This document shows, in pieces, positions 50,260 to 63,291 of a DNA stretch of 64,000 nt; positions within the stretch are counted from its first letter, which is position 1, and every line of letters starts with the position of its first letter. Made by a program: the position numbers and the translations under genes. Source of the DNA: Eledone cirrhosa (taxonomy: Eukaryota); NCBI GenBank assembly GCA_964016885.1, contig OZ024741.1, positions 89,528,001 through 89,592,000 on the forward strand, given 5' to 3'. The notes below the pieces were generated by a model. It did not search any database, had not been told where the DNA came from, and was given only the letters and a program-made list of their open reading frames with translations.

Positions 50260-53200
50260 GTAAGACTGCTAATCTTTTATCTATAATTTGCTTACATCTG
50301 TAATATGTTGCTACATGTTATGTCCTAGTTATAATATACTAGTGTGGTAAGCATAGACAGGATGTGTGATCCTGTAACTAATTCTAGCCACTTGTGTGGG
50401 TGTGTAGGTATTTTGTAAACCTTGGCTAACTTTGAGTAATGGAAATGTACTTTTGATGCTTCTTCTTTCAGATCAAATTTTCACAGCTATAACATTGAGA
50501 GACAGAAGGTTCCACAGCTATTACATTGAGGGTATAGAGGGTCTCACATGCCAAAATGGCATCACAAAGATTAGGATTTAAAAAAAATATATTTATATTT
50601 ATTTTATTTTGTTTTCCCAAGGCTAAGATGTATATGAGACAACACATCATAAAAATAGGGGACAGCATGTGAGTATTTTTTGACAGGAATGAGGACAGGA
50701 TATGGTGCAGACAAGTTGTGCATATGATGAAATATATTTCAACTGTGATTACCTTGATACACAAGTGCCCAACATCAGAGTTTACTTAAATATTTGACAG
50801 TACTGTTGCTACGCGTAAACATAATAGATCTTTATCAGAGAAAAATGCCACTTGACTGCAATCATTGGCTCACAAGCCAGCATAAGAGACTCTCAAGCTG
50901 CTAGATTTAGCAACTAAATCTCCCTCATTTCACAGCAAGCTATTAAAAAAAACCATGCACTGTGTAATAATGTGGCTCAAGGGGCATCCTGAAAAAAATG
51001 GGGGTGGGTTGGAATGCTTTTTATCATGTCTACTGTATCAAGGCCAACTTTGGGCCAAATAACTGGACTGCAGAATAATTCTTCTTTCTCTTTGTCTTGC
51101 TCAAATATTATAATGGCTTCTACTCCTGTAAATTAGCCAACCATATACTAATCTCTGCTCAGATCCATCTGATGTACTTACCACTTCTACCTTATCTTAA
51201 CCATCCCAACACTTAACTCTTGACATCTTATACATGAAACCACATTAACAAGACATTCTTGTTAAAGATTTATTGTGTAGTAATTATTTCATGTCAAGGG
51301 GAATTTTGTTGGTGGCATATGGAATTGTGTTTCATGATCAGTGTTCCGTGATCCTTTATATCAATTTTTGTGATAAACTTTCTGGTCCTCCTACCATTTT
51401 ACTTGTCTTTGATGGCAATAACTTTGAATACAGACTGACACTCACTGTGAAGACTTGTTCAACCCATGACAGCATAGGAATCATTATAATCATTGCTATT
51501 TAACATCTTTCTCTGCTAGCAGGGGTTAGATGAGTCATCAGCAGATGGGTTGGACTCAAAGCCAGCATCTCACATATCTTCCCGTGACCCATAATTTGCT
51601 AACATGATTCTGCATGCTGAGTGCATTTTGTGACATCACTAAGGTGGTTGTTATGTCTTTGACACAGCTGAAGAGTTCTCCTGGACCTTTTGTTAAAAGT
51701 AACAATTCTTAGCATCAAAATAGAAGTTATTGTCCACATTTATGCCCCTCAGATTGTAGCATCATCATCACCACCACCATTTTATGTCTGTTTGGTTTGG
51801 ACAAGTTTGTTATGCATCTAAACTGATCAGATGACTGGGTCTTATTCATCTGTTTCATTTTGGGATGGTTTCTATGGCTACAATGTGTAGTAGTGGTGGG
51901 ATTTTGGCGATACTAGCAACAAATCCTTGTCTGCTTTGATGGTGTGTGTGTGTGTGTGTGTGTGCATGTTGGCATGAAAATTAATGCAGCCAAAACAGGT
52001 ATAGTATCCACTGGCATCTCACTCTCTGAAAAGGTCCCTTTTGAACTCAATGGTGAGATTTTGGAAATGGTTGATCAGTTGTTAATTCCAGTGTCTCTTG
52101 GTATCTAAACTTTTTGGTAGAGATTTCCCACAACAAGGGTTTTAAACCATTCCATCTTTAGTGCAGAAATAGTGACCATCAAATCTTGTATGTTGTTCAA
52201 AGCTGTGCACTTTTGGGATCGATCTGCCAATGAATATTTTGAGCCTTTCTCAGAGGCGAAGTGTAATATCCATTTAAATGGCCCTGTAGCAAGCTGGAGG
52301 TATTTTACTACTATTGCTTTCACTGAATTCTCTGTTCCCATGTCAAATTTTGTGTTAATCTCCAAAATACACCATCACTTCCAGATTTATTTCCTTGACT
52401 TGTACATGGATGGTGCATCTGTTGGTTTGGTCACACATGGAGAAAACTCATTTGTAATGTAGTTGCAACAGACGCCCTTTCAGGATGGAGTAAACAATGT
52501 AGTGGACAGCTGAAAATGTGGATTTGTATGGTTAAGCCTCATCTAGAATGAATATCTGGCCTTTGCATATATGTTGCCTAACATAGGAATTACAACTGGT
52601 TGATAAATTCTGCATCAAACATGTTATCACTATGCATAGTCTGCTTCTATTCAAACATTAGTATGTGTATATCTATCATTATTGTTTTTATATCGATTTT
52701 TCCATGCTGGCATGGGTTGGATGGTACTTTTTGAGGCAATGTTTTACAAGCGGATGCTGTTTCTGACAGTGACATTTAGTTGCTTCTTATGACATGCAGA
52801 GATATGGTATACTTATTCTAAACAGAATACATATACACATATATTTAGTGATTTGTTATACAATGAATATCAAAATCATAGTAAGTTACATCTGTGGGCA
52901 ACAAGAGTTTTTTTCTCTGTGTGAAAGGCATGTTGTATGATGCTTGCATAGAAAGTGCAATGTTGCATAGTAGCAAGACTTGGCTGGAAACAAATCAGAT
53001 GAGCATGTTTCATAGGATGCACAGTGTGAAATAGTGGATTGGTTGTAGTTAGAACAGCTTTATGTTTATTGGATTGGAGCTTTTGGGATTCTTTCAAACA
53101 TAATCTTTCATAAGTTGTAAATGTATATATATTGCTACCTCTATTTTATAAATTGGTGTCTCTGTTATAATATTAGCAGTCATGAGTCTTTGGATTCACA

Positions 53201-53879
53201 TATACAATACTTCCTCTTTCTTATAAATCTGTTATTGTTATTAGCAGTCACATCATCAGAAACTGGGCTTTTGGATTAGTCTGTTATATTCATGACAATG
53301 GCACCTGTTAACTCCTCTTCTTTAACACAGGCAAAGCAATTTAACCTCAGTGCCAAGAAGAATATTGGGGAGACTTTATAAATGAGCAATGTAAACAATT
53401 CCAGCCAAATTTGTTAGACTTTAATCTTAAGCAGAACATACACAATGCAAAGACTGGTAGGACAAAATTCCTGAAATATTTAGATATGCCTCTTTACATT
53501 AGAGTTGGGGAGAAAATAAGGTACCAGTCAAGTGAAATGCTAAAAAGCATCCTAGATGTGAATGGAAATTATAATAGAAGATAGTTATGCAATTTTGAAT
53601 CAAGGCCCATTACAAGATATTTTATGTTCCTTAACTCCTAGCTGTTCTAATTATTAGTGAAAATAAAATATGGTTGTTTAAAAACTTCTGTTTACATAGA
53701 GTATCTCCATCTTGCTAGTTTTTCTTAGTGCCTGTGCTTTTAATGTTGAAAATTAAAATTACCAAACTGAGAGTGGAGTTCAACATAAATCACATCTTAA
53801 TATCTCTCAAATCACATTAAAATAAAGGATACTGGAGGATAAAGAGCTCAAATGTGTGTGTGTGTGTGGGGGGGGGGGG

Positions 53880-54320
53880 GATATTTGGCCCAAGATCTTA
53901 AAAGCCTTAAATAGAGAAGGTATTTTTTGTGTGCCAGATGACCTGGAAAGACTTAAGGAATGGCAATCAGGAGTGATAATCCCAATTTTCAAAAAAGGTG
54001 ACGAGATTGTTCTAACTATTGAGGGGTCTCTTTGTTAAGCCTTCCTTATAAAGTCTATACTAAGTCTGGCAAAGAGATGTAGAGATATTGTTTAGTCCAA
54101 ACTAGCTGACGAACAGTGTATAGCTTGGAGATAAGGGAGTTGCTCCAGGTAGACACTACTCTGAATTGAGAGATCATAGCTCTAATACTATAGACATATT
54201 GTCAGAATGTCTAAAAGAACGAATAGCTGGACAAATTTTACATGCAAAACCAACTGACAAGAGAAACAGGAGTAGATTTCAAACAAGATGGTTGAATAAC
54301 TTTCATGAGCTCCATCTTGT
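53880..54320 (+). pseudogene. Internally deleted RTE fragment
   Basis: EWQSGVIIPIFKKGD and ERIAGQILHAKPT...TRWLNN; same family as 32270-32560. Confidence 0.75.
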
Positions 54321-55801
54321 CTGCTGTGGCAATGAGGCGGTTTATGTCTGGCGTTCTCGCACACTGTCTGGGCACGTAGCAATGGTATATATAAGTGACT
54401 AATTATTTTCAGCAAATATAAAAGGCAAATTTTATGGAAACCCTCATTCAGTAAACTCCTACAATAATTGGCATGTAATTGTAAAGAGTTAGATCACTAA
54501 GGGAGGTAAATCTAAATAGTTATCTCCCTTGTGTGATCTTGAACGCTAATTTATTTTTAAAATCAACTAATTTAACCATAGTTTTTTTTAATGTTTCTGC
54601 TATTTTCTTCGATACAAATTTGGTGGAAGGGATATGTACAGCGGAAACTGGGCAAGTGCACCAGTTGGCATGAAGCTACGATTTTGTGCACTTACAGATA
54701 TACAGTAATTCATACATAAATCATTTAATTTGCACTGATTTCAAAAATAGGTAAAAGTTGAATAAAGCAATGTCGATAAAAATGGATTCAACGATAATTC
54801 TTTATTCTTCTACTGGTTTCAGTCAATAGACCTTGGCCAGGATTTAAGTGATTGTATCGAACCAAATGCTTATCTTTCAGCCTGGTGCTTATCTTTTTTG
54901 CTCACGTTTTTGTTGAACGGCTAAGTTAAGGGAGAGATGCTCACACACACACACACATCCATATATGTGGCATTGGCATATTGCATTTCTTAGGTCATTT
55001 GAAAACTTGGCAGAGCCCATCTCCTCCCTATGCATGAGTGCAGTAGATTTCTTCCAGAGAAGGATAGAGAGTGAGAGAAAGATATAGAGGAAGAATCAAC
55101 TCCAGTACTAAATACACACACATGCATACAATGATTCTACAGTTTCCACTAACCAAACCCGAGGTTTTAGTAGGAAACACCCAAAGTGCTGTTCAACAAG
55201 ACTAAACCTAAGATCACATGGTTGTGAAGTGAGTTCCTTAACCACATAGCCAAAAATACATCAAATGGGAAATGTAAAAAGATTTCTTGGCTCTCTTGAA
55301 TTACCAGAACAAATTTCGTTTCAGCAGAATTTTTTTTTACCCTTACCCATTATATATTTATTTGTATGTATATGTGTGTGTTAATAAATATTGGGAAAAA
55401 TTGAAATGTAGTTTCCCAAATATTGAAGATAGAAAAAGTGGACAGAAGTGCTTGACAAGAATCAAACCCTGCAACTTTTAGATGTCGTCTGGAAATTGCT
55501 GGCCACAGATTACCGTCTGTTAGAAAATTTTAATCTTGTAGCTAGAAGTGTGAATATCTAGTTGACTTAAGAAACATTGGGAAAATTTGAAATGTAGTCC
55601 CAACATAAATGACTATAATAATGTCAATAACTATAGAGAAAAATCAAGCAAAGTACTCTACATATCAAGGGAGAGAAAATTGGATAGATGTGCTTACAAG
55701 GAAACAAATTCTGCATCTTTCAGATGCTGGGCAATTCTGTTTTACTTTGGGAAACATTGTTAACCTTATGTTGTTTAATATTTAGTTATATTAGGTCTCT
55801 T

Positions 55802-56358
55802 CAGTGAAGGCGGGTGGCTGAGTGGTTAGAGAATTGGATTCGCAATCGTGAGATTGTGAGTTCGATTCCTGGACCGTGCGATGCGTTATGTCCTTGAGAA
55901 AGACACTTTATTTCACGTTGCTCCTTCTACTTGGAGTTGCGACCGATAGATATTATTAGTAATTGGAAAGACCAACGGAAACATTGTTTCCTCGGTCCGA
56001 TTCGACGAAAGTCGATCGACTGTCGATTAGGTCTCTTTGTGGAAGTGTTGCTTAGTGGTTTCAGTTTTCGGCACACAATCATAAGGTTGTAACTTTGATT
56101 ACTGGCTGTGTTGTATCCTTAAGCAACATAGTATATTTTATGTAATTCCAGTCTACTCAGCTGGCAAAAATGAGTTGTATCTGTAATTTAAATAGTTAGC
56201 CTTTTTACACACTGTACCATAGTGGATCTTCCTGAGAATTAGGTTAGGAGTACATGCCTGGTAATGCTTGGCCACTTGCATGTTAACTTTACAAGCAAGC
56301 TGTTCCTTTGATCAAACAACTGGGATACTCATCATCAGAACTGCTGGAGGTTTAACAT
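55802..56358 (+). mobile_element. Two tandem CORE-type tRNA SINEs
   Basis: First copy: GGTGGCTGAGTGGTTAGAG...GAGTTCGATTCC...TGTCCTTGAGAAAGACACTT. A second, older copy starts at 56038. ATTAGGTCTCT-like direct repeats at 55790, 56026 and 56359. Confidence 0.8.
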
Positions 56359-57328
56359 ATTAAGGTCTCTGGGTGCAAACCACTTACTTCCATTGCTAGT
56401 AATCTAATCTTGATTGTGAGTATAAAATCCATACCTCACTAATTTCCTTATTTCCAGTTGCCTTCTGTTGTATTGTGCCCTCATCTTTTGATGGGATCAT
56501 AAGGATGCTGTCCCAACATGGTGAAGCTTATCTCTCTAGCTGATTTGTTTTAGACAGAAAAGAATCAATGCTAGTACTGGACTGGTCCTTTATTTATCTA
56601 CCCCAGATCGTCCATGCTGCATCCAGTGACTTCAAAATACTTTTTGCTATAATCACCTTAACATTTCCTTGTTACTGTTGGTTAATTTAAAATTGTTTAC
56701 TTAGGAAATTAAAGTAGGAAATCATTAATTGGAACACTGCTGTTGGCATATGCATATTTATTTTAGTGATCAAAACATTTTTACCTCTGGATAGTTAACT
56801 GTTGACTTTAACCCTTTAGCATTTACATTACTTTATATTTACTATTATATTTTCATGGTAAACACTTTATTTCAGATAATTATCTTATATAATATGGAAT
56901 CTATGAGATTTTGATATTATTTATTTTGAGAACAATACCTTAATGTCAGTATGAATGGCCGGTTACTGTTGGTTTAAATAACATGTTAAAAGAAGAAACT
57001 GGTCACATATAAAAGAACCCACTCTATTAATGTTTTTTGTTTAGCCTTAGGCCATTCTTGATTCAGCAGACCTATGATTAAAAGTTATATCTCTAGTTTT
57101 CCTAGATTTTCAGACTGAATCTAAGACTACATTATCCAATATGTCCTTCCTTAGATGGTAGGGTGGGATTTGAAATAGAAATATACTTGACAGTTGTTTT
57201 TAGCAGATTGACTGATCATGTAGACTCCATGTAGTTTGTGTGGGTGATGTCATGGTAATTTCACTCGCATATGTGTTTATGTAAAATATATTCTATTAAT
57301 TCTAATGTAATTTATTTTGTCACTTTAG

Positions 57329-57505
57329 GCTGGTCCACCAGATACTAGTAAGATCCCAATTGCTGATGCAGTCGGTGTAACTGTTGTATTGCTGACCTGT
57401 TCATATAAAAGTAAGGAATTTATCCGGGTTGGTTATTATGTTAATAATGAATACAGCGATCCTGAGCTTAAAGAAACCCCTCCAGACATGCCAGTATATG
57501 ACAAG
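57329..57505 (+). CDS. ASF1: ASF1 coding exon 3
   Basis: tttAG|GCT; AGPPDTSKIPIADAVGVTVVLLTCSYKSKEFIRVGYYVNNEYSDPELKETPPDMPVYDK|GTTTG; 177 nt. Confidence 0.97.
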
Positions 57506-58229
57506 GTTTGTTTAATTTATACTTTTCTTTCTTTTTTTTTAACCAAACATGCACTTCACTTCTTTGTAAAGTCTGTCCCAAATCTGGAGGCTCATCAGGC
57601 CAGTGCTTATCCTGTCTTCAAGTTAAGCAACTAAGAGTGCATGATGCCAGTCTAGAGCAGGGTTTTCCAACTACTACTGGTACTCATTTTTAGCTGGAAA
57701 TGAAGTGTTTTGCTCAAAAACACAGTGCACTATCCGGTTTGGGAATTGTACCCGTGACATTATGATCATTAATTGAACAATCTAACCATTATGCTACTCT
57801 GGTGTACAGTTTATACATTACCTACAAAATATGGATTGATGTCATCATCATCATCATCGTTTAACGTCCGTGTTCCACGCTTGCATGGGTTTGGACAGAG
57901 GGTTTTCCCACTTGAGGCAAGAGTGGTTATCTTGCTCGCATAGGACTGTCTGGTGGGTTTTCTACAGCTGGATGCCCTTCCTAACACCAACCACATTTAC
58001 AGTGTGGGGCTGGGAGGTTTTTACCGTGTTGCCTACACGGCCACATTACAGCGTGAACTGTGTGTTTTTTTGTCGTGACACCTACACGATCTCATTTGTT
58101 TCGGCCTGGATGTGGTGGCACCAACATAACTTTACATTGAAAGGGGCGGTGTGGATGGGGTGGGGGTGGTGGGACGGGGGTGTATTTTGTTAGAGATGCC
58201 TACTGACTGTAGTAGGTTTTACTTTGTAC

Positions 58230-61200
58230 TTAGGTAAGGCGGGTCTTCTCCATTACTGAGTACCGCCAAAGGTCTCGGTCCAGTGACATTGTCTTGGTGA
58301 GGTGTAAGTGTGTGAGGTCGGAATTTATCAGCTCGTCCCAGGTTTTCCTGGGTCTGCCTATTCCGTGACTACCGTCTATCTTTATTGCCCTGCACTTTGT
58401 TATACAGCTATCGTTCTTCATGCGCATCACGTGACCATACCAACGTAGCCTTCTCTCGAGTAAACAACATCTGATCCCTCTTATTTCTAATTTTTTCCTT
58501 AGTTCGTTTATGCTTTGCCGTTCACGTATATTACTATTACACATCCAGCAGAGCATGCAAGCTTCGTTTCTCTCTAGTCTGCGTATATCCTCTGCACACA
58601 ATGCCCAGGTCTCACTGCCATGCAACATTGCTGTTCGTATGCAGGCATCGTACAACCTGCCTTTCATTTTTAGGGAGAACCCTTTAGCGGCTAATAGCGG
58701 TATAAGCTCTCTGAACTTTTTCCATCCAGTTCTGACTCTAGCTACTGTACTTTCAGAGCACCCTCCCCCACTGCTGATTTTGTCACCCAGGTAACGGAAG
58801 CTGTCCACTATTTCTATAGAACCCTCTGCGCAGTTGAAAGAGCTAGTATTTTGTGGGCACTTGCTGCTACTTATTGTCCCAGAACACCGACCACATGTAA
58901 AATCTATGTTCTTAGTTAGCTTACCTGTGATCCCACTACATCTTTTATGCACCCATACTTTGCATTTGGGACACAAAATGGAGTTTCTACCTACGCCTTT
59001 CCTACACACTGAGCATGGCCACTTCCCGGAGGGGTCCGCCGCCTTATTTTCTTTCTTACAAACTAGAACTTTAGTCTTAGCCAGGTTAATTTTAAGGCCT
59101 TTTGATTCTAGGCCGTGCTTCCATGTTTGGAATTTCTTCTCTAGCTCGGCCATTGATTCAGCTATGAGCGTTAGATCATCTGCGTATAGGAGTTCCCATG
59201 GGCAGCCGGTCTTGAACTCCACTGTTATAGCCTGGAGGGCAATAATAAATAGTAGGGGGCTAAGAACAGAGCCCTGATGAACACCAACTTTTACACTAAA
59301 CTCTTCACTATATTCGTTGTTAATTCTAACCTTGCTGACTGTTTCTTTATACATGGCTTGTATAGCGCTCACAAGCCATTCATCAACACCTAGTTTTCTA
59401 AGAGCCCACCAGATAATGGAACGGGGGACTCTGTCGAAGGCTTTCTCCAAGTCGACGAAAGCTAAGTATAGGGGTTTACTTTTAGCTAGGTACTTCTCCT
59501 GTAGTTGTCGTACAATGAAAAGAGCGTCTGTGGTACTTTTTCCTGACACAAACCCGAACTGCATTTCATCTAGATCAATTCGCTCTCTGATTAGTTGCGC
59601 TATTACTTTTTCCGTGACCTTCATGACCTGGTCAATTAATTTAATGCCTCTATAGTTACTCCTATCTAGGGCATCTCCTTTACCCTTATAACAGTTAACG
59701 ATGATGCTGCTACGCCAGTCCTTCGGAACAACCCCATTCTGTATGACTTGATTAACTATCCGGGTGACCATGGTGTGTCCCACCGTACCAGATGCCTTCA
59801 GCATCTCGGCAACTATTTCCGAAGGCCCAACCGCCTTACCCGTCTTCATATCTTTGATTGCCTTACTTATTATACTACCCTCGACTAACACTGCTGGTCC
59901 CTCTATTGGGTCGATGTGGGGGAGACTGTCTTTATCCCATTTATTCTCCTCATTTAGTAGCCTTTCATAGTGACACTTCCAAGCTACCTTCTTATCAGCG
60001 TCGGTGATGGCAAGTACGCCGTCATCATTAAGTACACACTTCTCCCCGACAATATCACTGTTTTCCTTGACACATTGCCTAGCAATCCTGAACACCTCTC
60101 GTTTTTGGTCCTCGCGTTGTAGAACATGCTTGAACTTTCTTTCCTCTGCTTCCCTTCTTGCGAAGTACACTTGTCTCCTAGCTTCTCTCCTGGCCACTTG
60201 ATAGTCTTCTCTGCTTCCCCCATCCCGCCATACTTTCCAAGCCTGCTTTTTGGCCTTAATTGACCCCTCCACCTTACTGTTCCACTACCATGTTACTCTC
60301 CTCCTGCCTACAGGCCTGCTCCAGCCACAGACTTCGTCTGCCGCCATCAGCAGGTTTGCTTTCAGGAATTCCCACTGTTCCTCTACCTTGTACGACTCTA
60401 ATTACTCTTCCTTACTGTCGAAAGCATCAAGTAATATGCTTTGAAATTTATTTCTGGCTGTGGGGTCCTTTAGCTTCCATATTTTTCTCCTGAGGACAGT
60501 CCTCTTCTGTTGTCTAGTACGTCTTGTCCTGACTATTAGGTCGCTAATTATCAGTCTATGTTGGGAGGTGCATTCTTCATGGGGGAGGGATTTAGTGTTT
60601 ACAACAGTCACTCTGTCACGTCTTCTGGTAAGGATATAATCTACCTGGCTGGTATGTTCCCCTGATCTGTAGGTGATCAAGTGATTGTCTCGTTTTTTGA
60701 AGTTAGTGTTACAGATAGTTAGGTTATTTGCGTCACAGAATTCCAGGATTCTGGAGCCTTCCTCATTTCTAGTACCAAACCCATAGCCTCCATGGATTTC
60801 GTCGTAGCCGTCACAATGTTGTCCAACGTGACCATTTAGGTCGCCTGCAATAATTATATAGTCACTGTCGGTTATTTGGGAGGTAGTGAGCGTCAGTGTC
60901 TCATAGAATCTGTCTTTTATAGTGCTGGGCAGTCCGGATTGGGGTGCGTACGCAGATATTACTGTCACCGTCGTTCTACTGAGGACAAGTCTTATTTTAA
61001 TTATTCTGTCGTTCACTCTATTTCCGTCTATTATCTTATCTGCCCACTTTTCTGCTACCATGATTCCTACTCCACCCAGTCCATTGTCATTTCCCACCCA
61101 GAAAAGCTTATAGCATCGTTTTCTACCCACAATGAATCTAGCAGATCCACCCCTCCACCTGGTCTCTTGAATACAACAAAAATCGACCTTACGTTCAAGC

Positions 61201-61448
61201 ATTTCTACAACCTCGTTAGAGCGACCCTTTAAGGTGCCTACATTCAAGGTACCAACTCTGAAGTTTTGGATTGCGTTTGGAGGGTGGGAGCGGGGGGGAG
61301 ATGGGGTTATGTTAGCCATCCGCGGCCGAAACAAAGAGGAATGCTCACATTCTTGTCCACGAGGTGTGTTTGTCTTTATCTTTGGCATTGTCGCTGAGCG
61401 TCCAGATTTTTCTCTCTTCAACTCTCCGGAATTCCGTAGTCCTTCCAT
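58230..61448 (-). pseudogene. RTE APE-RT(+PHD) polyprotein, 1072 codons, two in-frame stops
   Basis: APE motifs TLNV, IQETRW, YAP, GDLN, DY and SQH; RT motifs QFGF, FVDLEKAFD, QGSVLSP, YADD and FRYLG. ORFs 60402-61448 and 58230-60272 share one frame; stops are TAA 60402-60404 and TAG 60285-60287. Confidence 0.95.
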
Positions 61449-61590
61449 CCTACATATCGAAGGCGACCAGGTAAGCGATAGTATAGGCCTCTGGCTTATG
61501 ATTGGTCCACGTAATAGTAATGGTGGTGCGTGGGGGCGGGAGGGAGGGGTGTTGAGTTGTTAGCGAGAAGAATAGGTTGAAGTGAGATCC

Positions 61591-61701
61591 TCGTATTTAA
61601 CAAGCGATAACAAAAATACAAGATTTGTTTAGTAAAATACGCCAAAAACTTCGTATTTAACAAGCAATAACAAAAATACAAGATTTGTTTTGGAAAATAC
61701 G
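61591..61701. repeat. 60-bp-period tandem duplication in the LINE 5' region
   Basis: TCGTATTTAACAAGC(G/A)ATAACAAAAATACAAGATTTGTTT at 61591 and 61651. Confidence 0.9.
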
Positions 61702-63291
61702 AGAGAGAATACACAGAATACAGGAGGAAATAGGATAGAATGGCTAGTAGTGAAACAAGATTTGGAATCTGAGGATAGAATATGCTATAGGATTTGGAAG
61801 GACTGAAATTAAGGGGATGTTAGAAAAGCTAGAAAAATGTGTACATTACATTATACCATGAAGGAAAAAAAAAAAAAAACAGCCACAAATTTGGCGAAAG
61901 TGAATTGTGGGGGTTATCTTATATATATATATATATAGATAGAGAGAGGGGGGGGTTGACCGCATGTTGTAAGGCATTTGGGCATAGACAAACTGCCTCA
62001 CAAAGTTTCATCTGACTCATGCCTGCAGAGATAAATCAAAACAGAAAAACAATCTTTGCGTGATGGTGAGAGGATTAAAACTTTATTTATATTCATGTTG
62101 CACTTTGTGGGCAGTAGTGTGGTTGATTGCAGATTTCCAATGAGCCAAATACTCCAATTTTTGATAGTGTTGGTAAAGAGGGATTGTTTGTGCAATATGG
62201 AGTTAATATCACAAGGGACTGTGTTAGAAAGCATTGGTTTAATAGGTATCTCTACAAAAGTTATATACACAAATTGTAAGATTGTTGGTGATAAGGGCAT
62301 CCAGCCATAGAAAACTTAAGGTTTGAGCAGACTCTTCAGCTAACCTCCCTGGTCTTAGTTTATATAATAAATGCACCCAGTGCACTCTGTAAAGTGGTTG
62401 GTGCTAAAAGTTATCCTGCTGTAGAAAACCTGCTAAACAATGGGTTCAGAGGACTCTTCAGCTATATCAAAGACATGACAACATTTAGAGCTGGTACCAC
62501 AATAAAAAGCACTTGGTAGTGCATGGGATTATATGTGAGTGGCAGGCCACTGGTACGTCAGCACTCATAGGGTGGAGAAACAAGTGAGATGCAGGTTCCC
62601 TGTCCAACCCTTGCTAGTAAAGAAAGCAAATGTTAAACAATGATTATATGGTGCATTTTATTGTAACACTATGGAGATTGACATAACTGAACAGTTTTCT
62701 TGACCCTTTGTTTGGCAAGATTTAGGAATAAGTTTAGAAAGTTTAGTCTTGTAAAGCAACTCAATATATAAAGTTGTGGGAGGTGTGGTATAATTAATTA
62801 ATTGACCCATTTATCATCATGCTGGCAAGGGTTGGGTAATGAAGTCTTGCTCGTATGTTCTGTAAAAAAAAAATAACATCAATGGAAGTTAATGTTGAAA
62901 TAATCTTTCATTCGGAGTCTTCTAGCCTGAAACTCCATTTTGCAGTCTAGTATAAATTCTTGCTTCCCTTAATTATTTTACAATTTATTTTCTTCTATAA
63001 CTGGAATGAGTTTTGTATATCAGTTATTACAGTACAGGTGTGTTTTTTTCACTCTATTTATAGGCAGAAAATTGACAGTTATTATATCTTCATTTTAAAT
63101 GCCTTGCAGGGCTTGTTCTGTCTCTGCTCTGAGTTCAACTTTGCCTTTCATCTTTTTGTTCAGGTGGGGTTGATTGAAAATGATTATTAGAGTATTGGAT
63201 ATGCCTTTCAGTATCTGTTCTTCTGTGTGTTCTGAGTTCAAATTATGCATCCTGTCACTGGATATGATAGGATTAGGGGCTCTATAATTAA

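Larger units (their letters stand above)
57842..61701 (-). mobile_element. Near full-length RTE-clade LINE, antisense in ASF1 intron 3 (5' boundary uncertain)
   Basis: Single APE+RT ORF, no ORF1, ~390-bp 3' UTR and (TGA)n tail at 57842-57858. No clear TSD found. Confidence 0.95.

Noticed and set aside
52105-52630. Possible hAT transposase remnant (HCLLH, TDAPSM)
   Set aside because: Motifs are in the wrong order for hAT and there is no continuous frame; unsupported.
55808-55880. tRNA gene
   Set aside because: A and B boxes are present, but there is no clean acceptor stem and it runs into a CORE domain; it is a SINE head.
58510-61563. Plus-strand ORFs of 60-147 aa
   Set aside because: Antisense shadows of the LINE ORF.
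61840-61860. TSD for the full-length LINE (TACATTA also at ~57814)
   Set aside because: Only 7 AT-rich bases and not adjacent to the tail; chance match.
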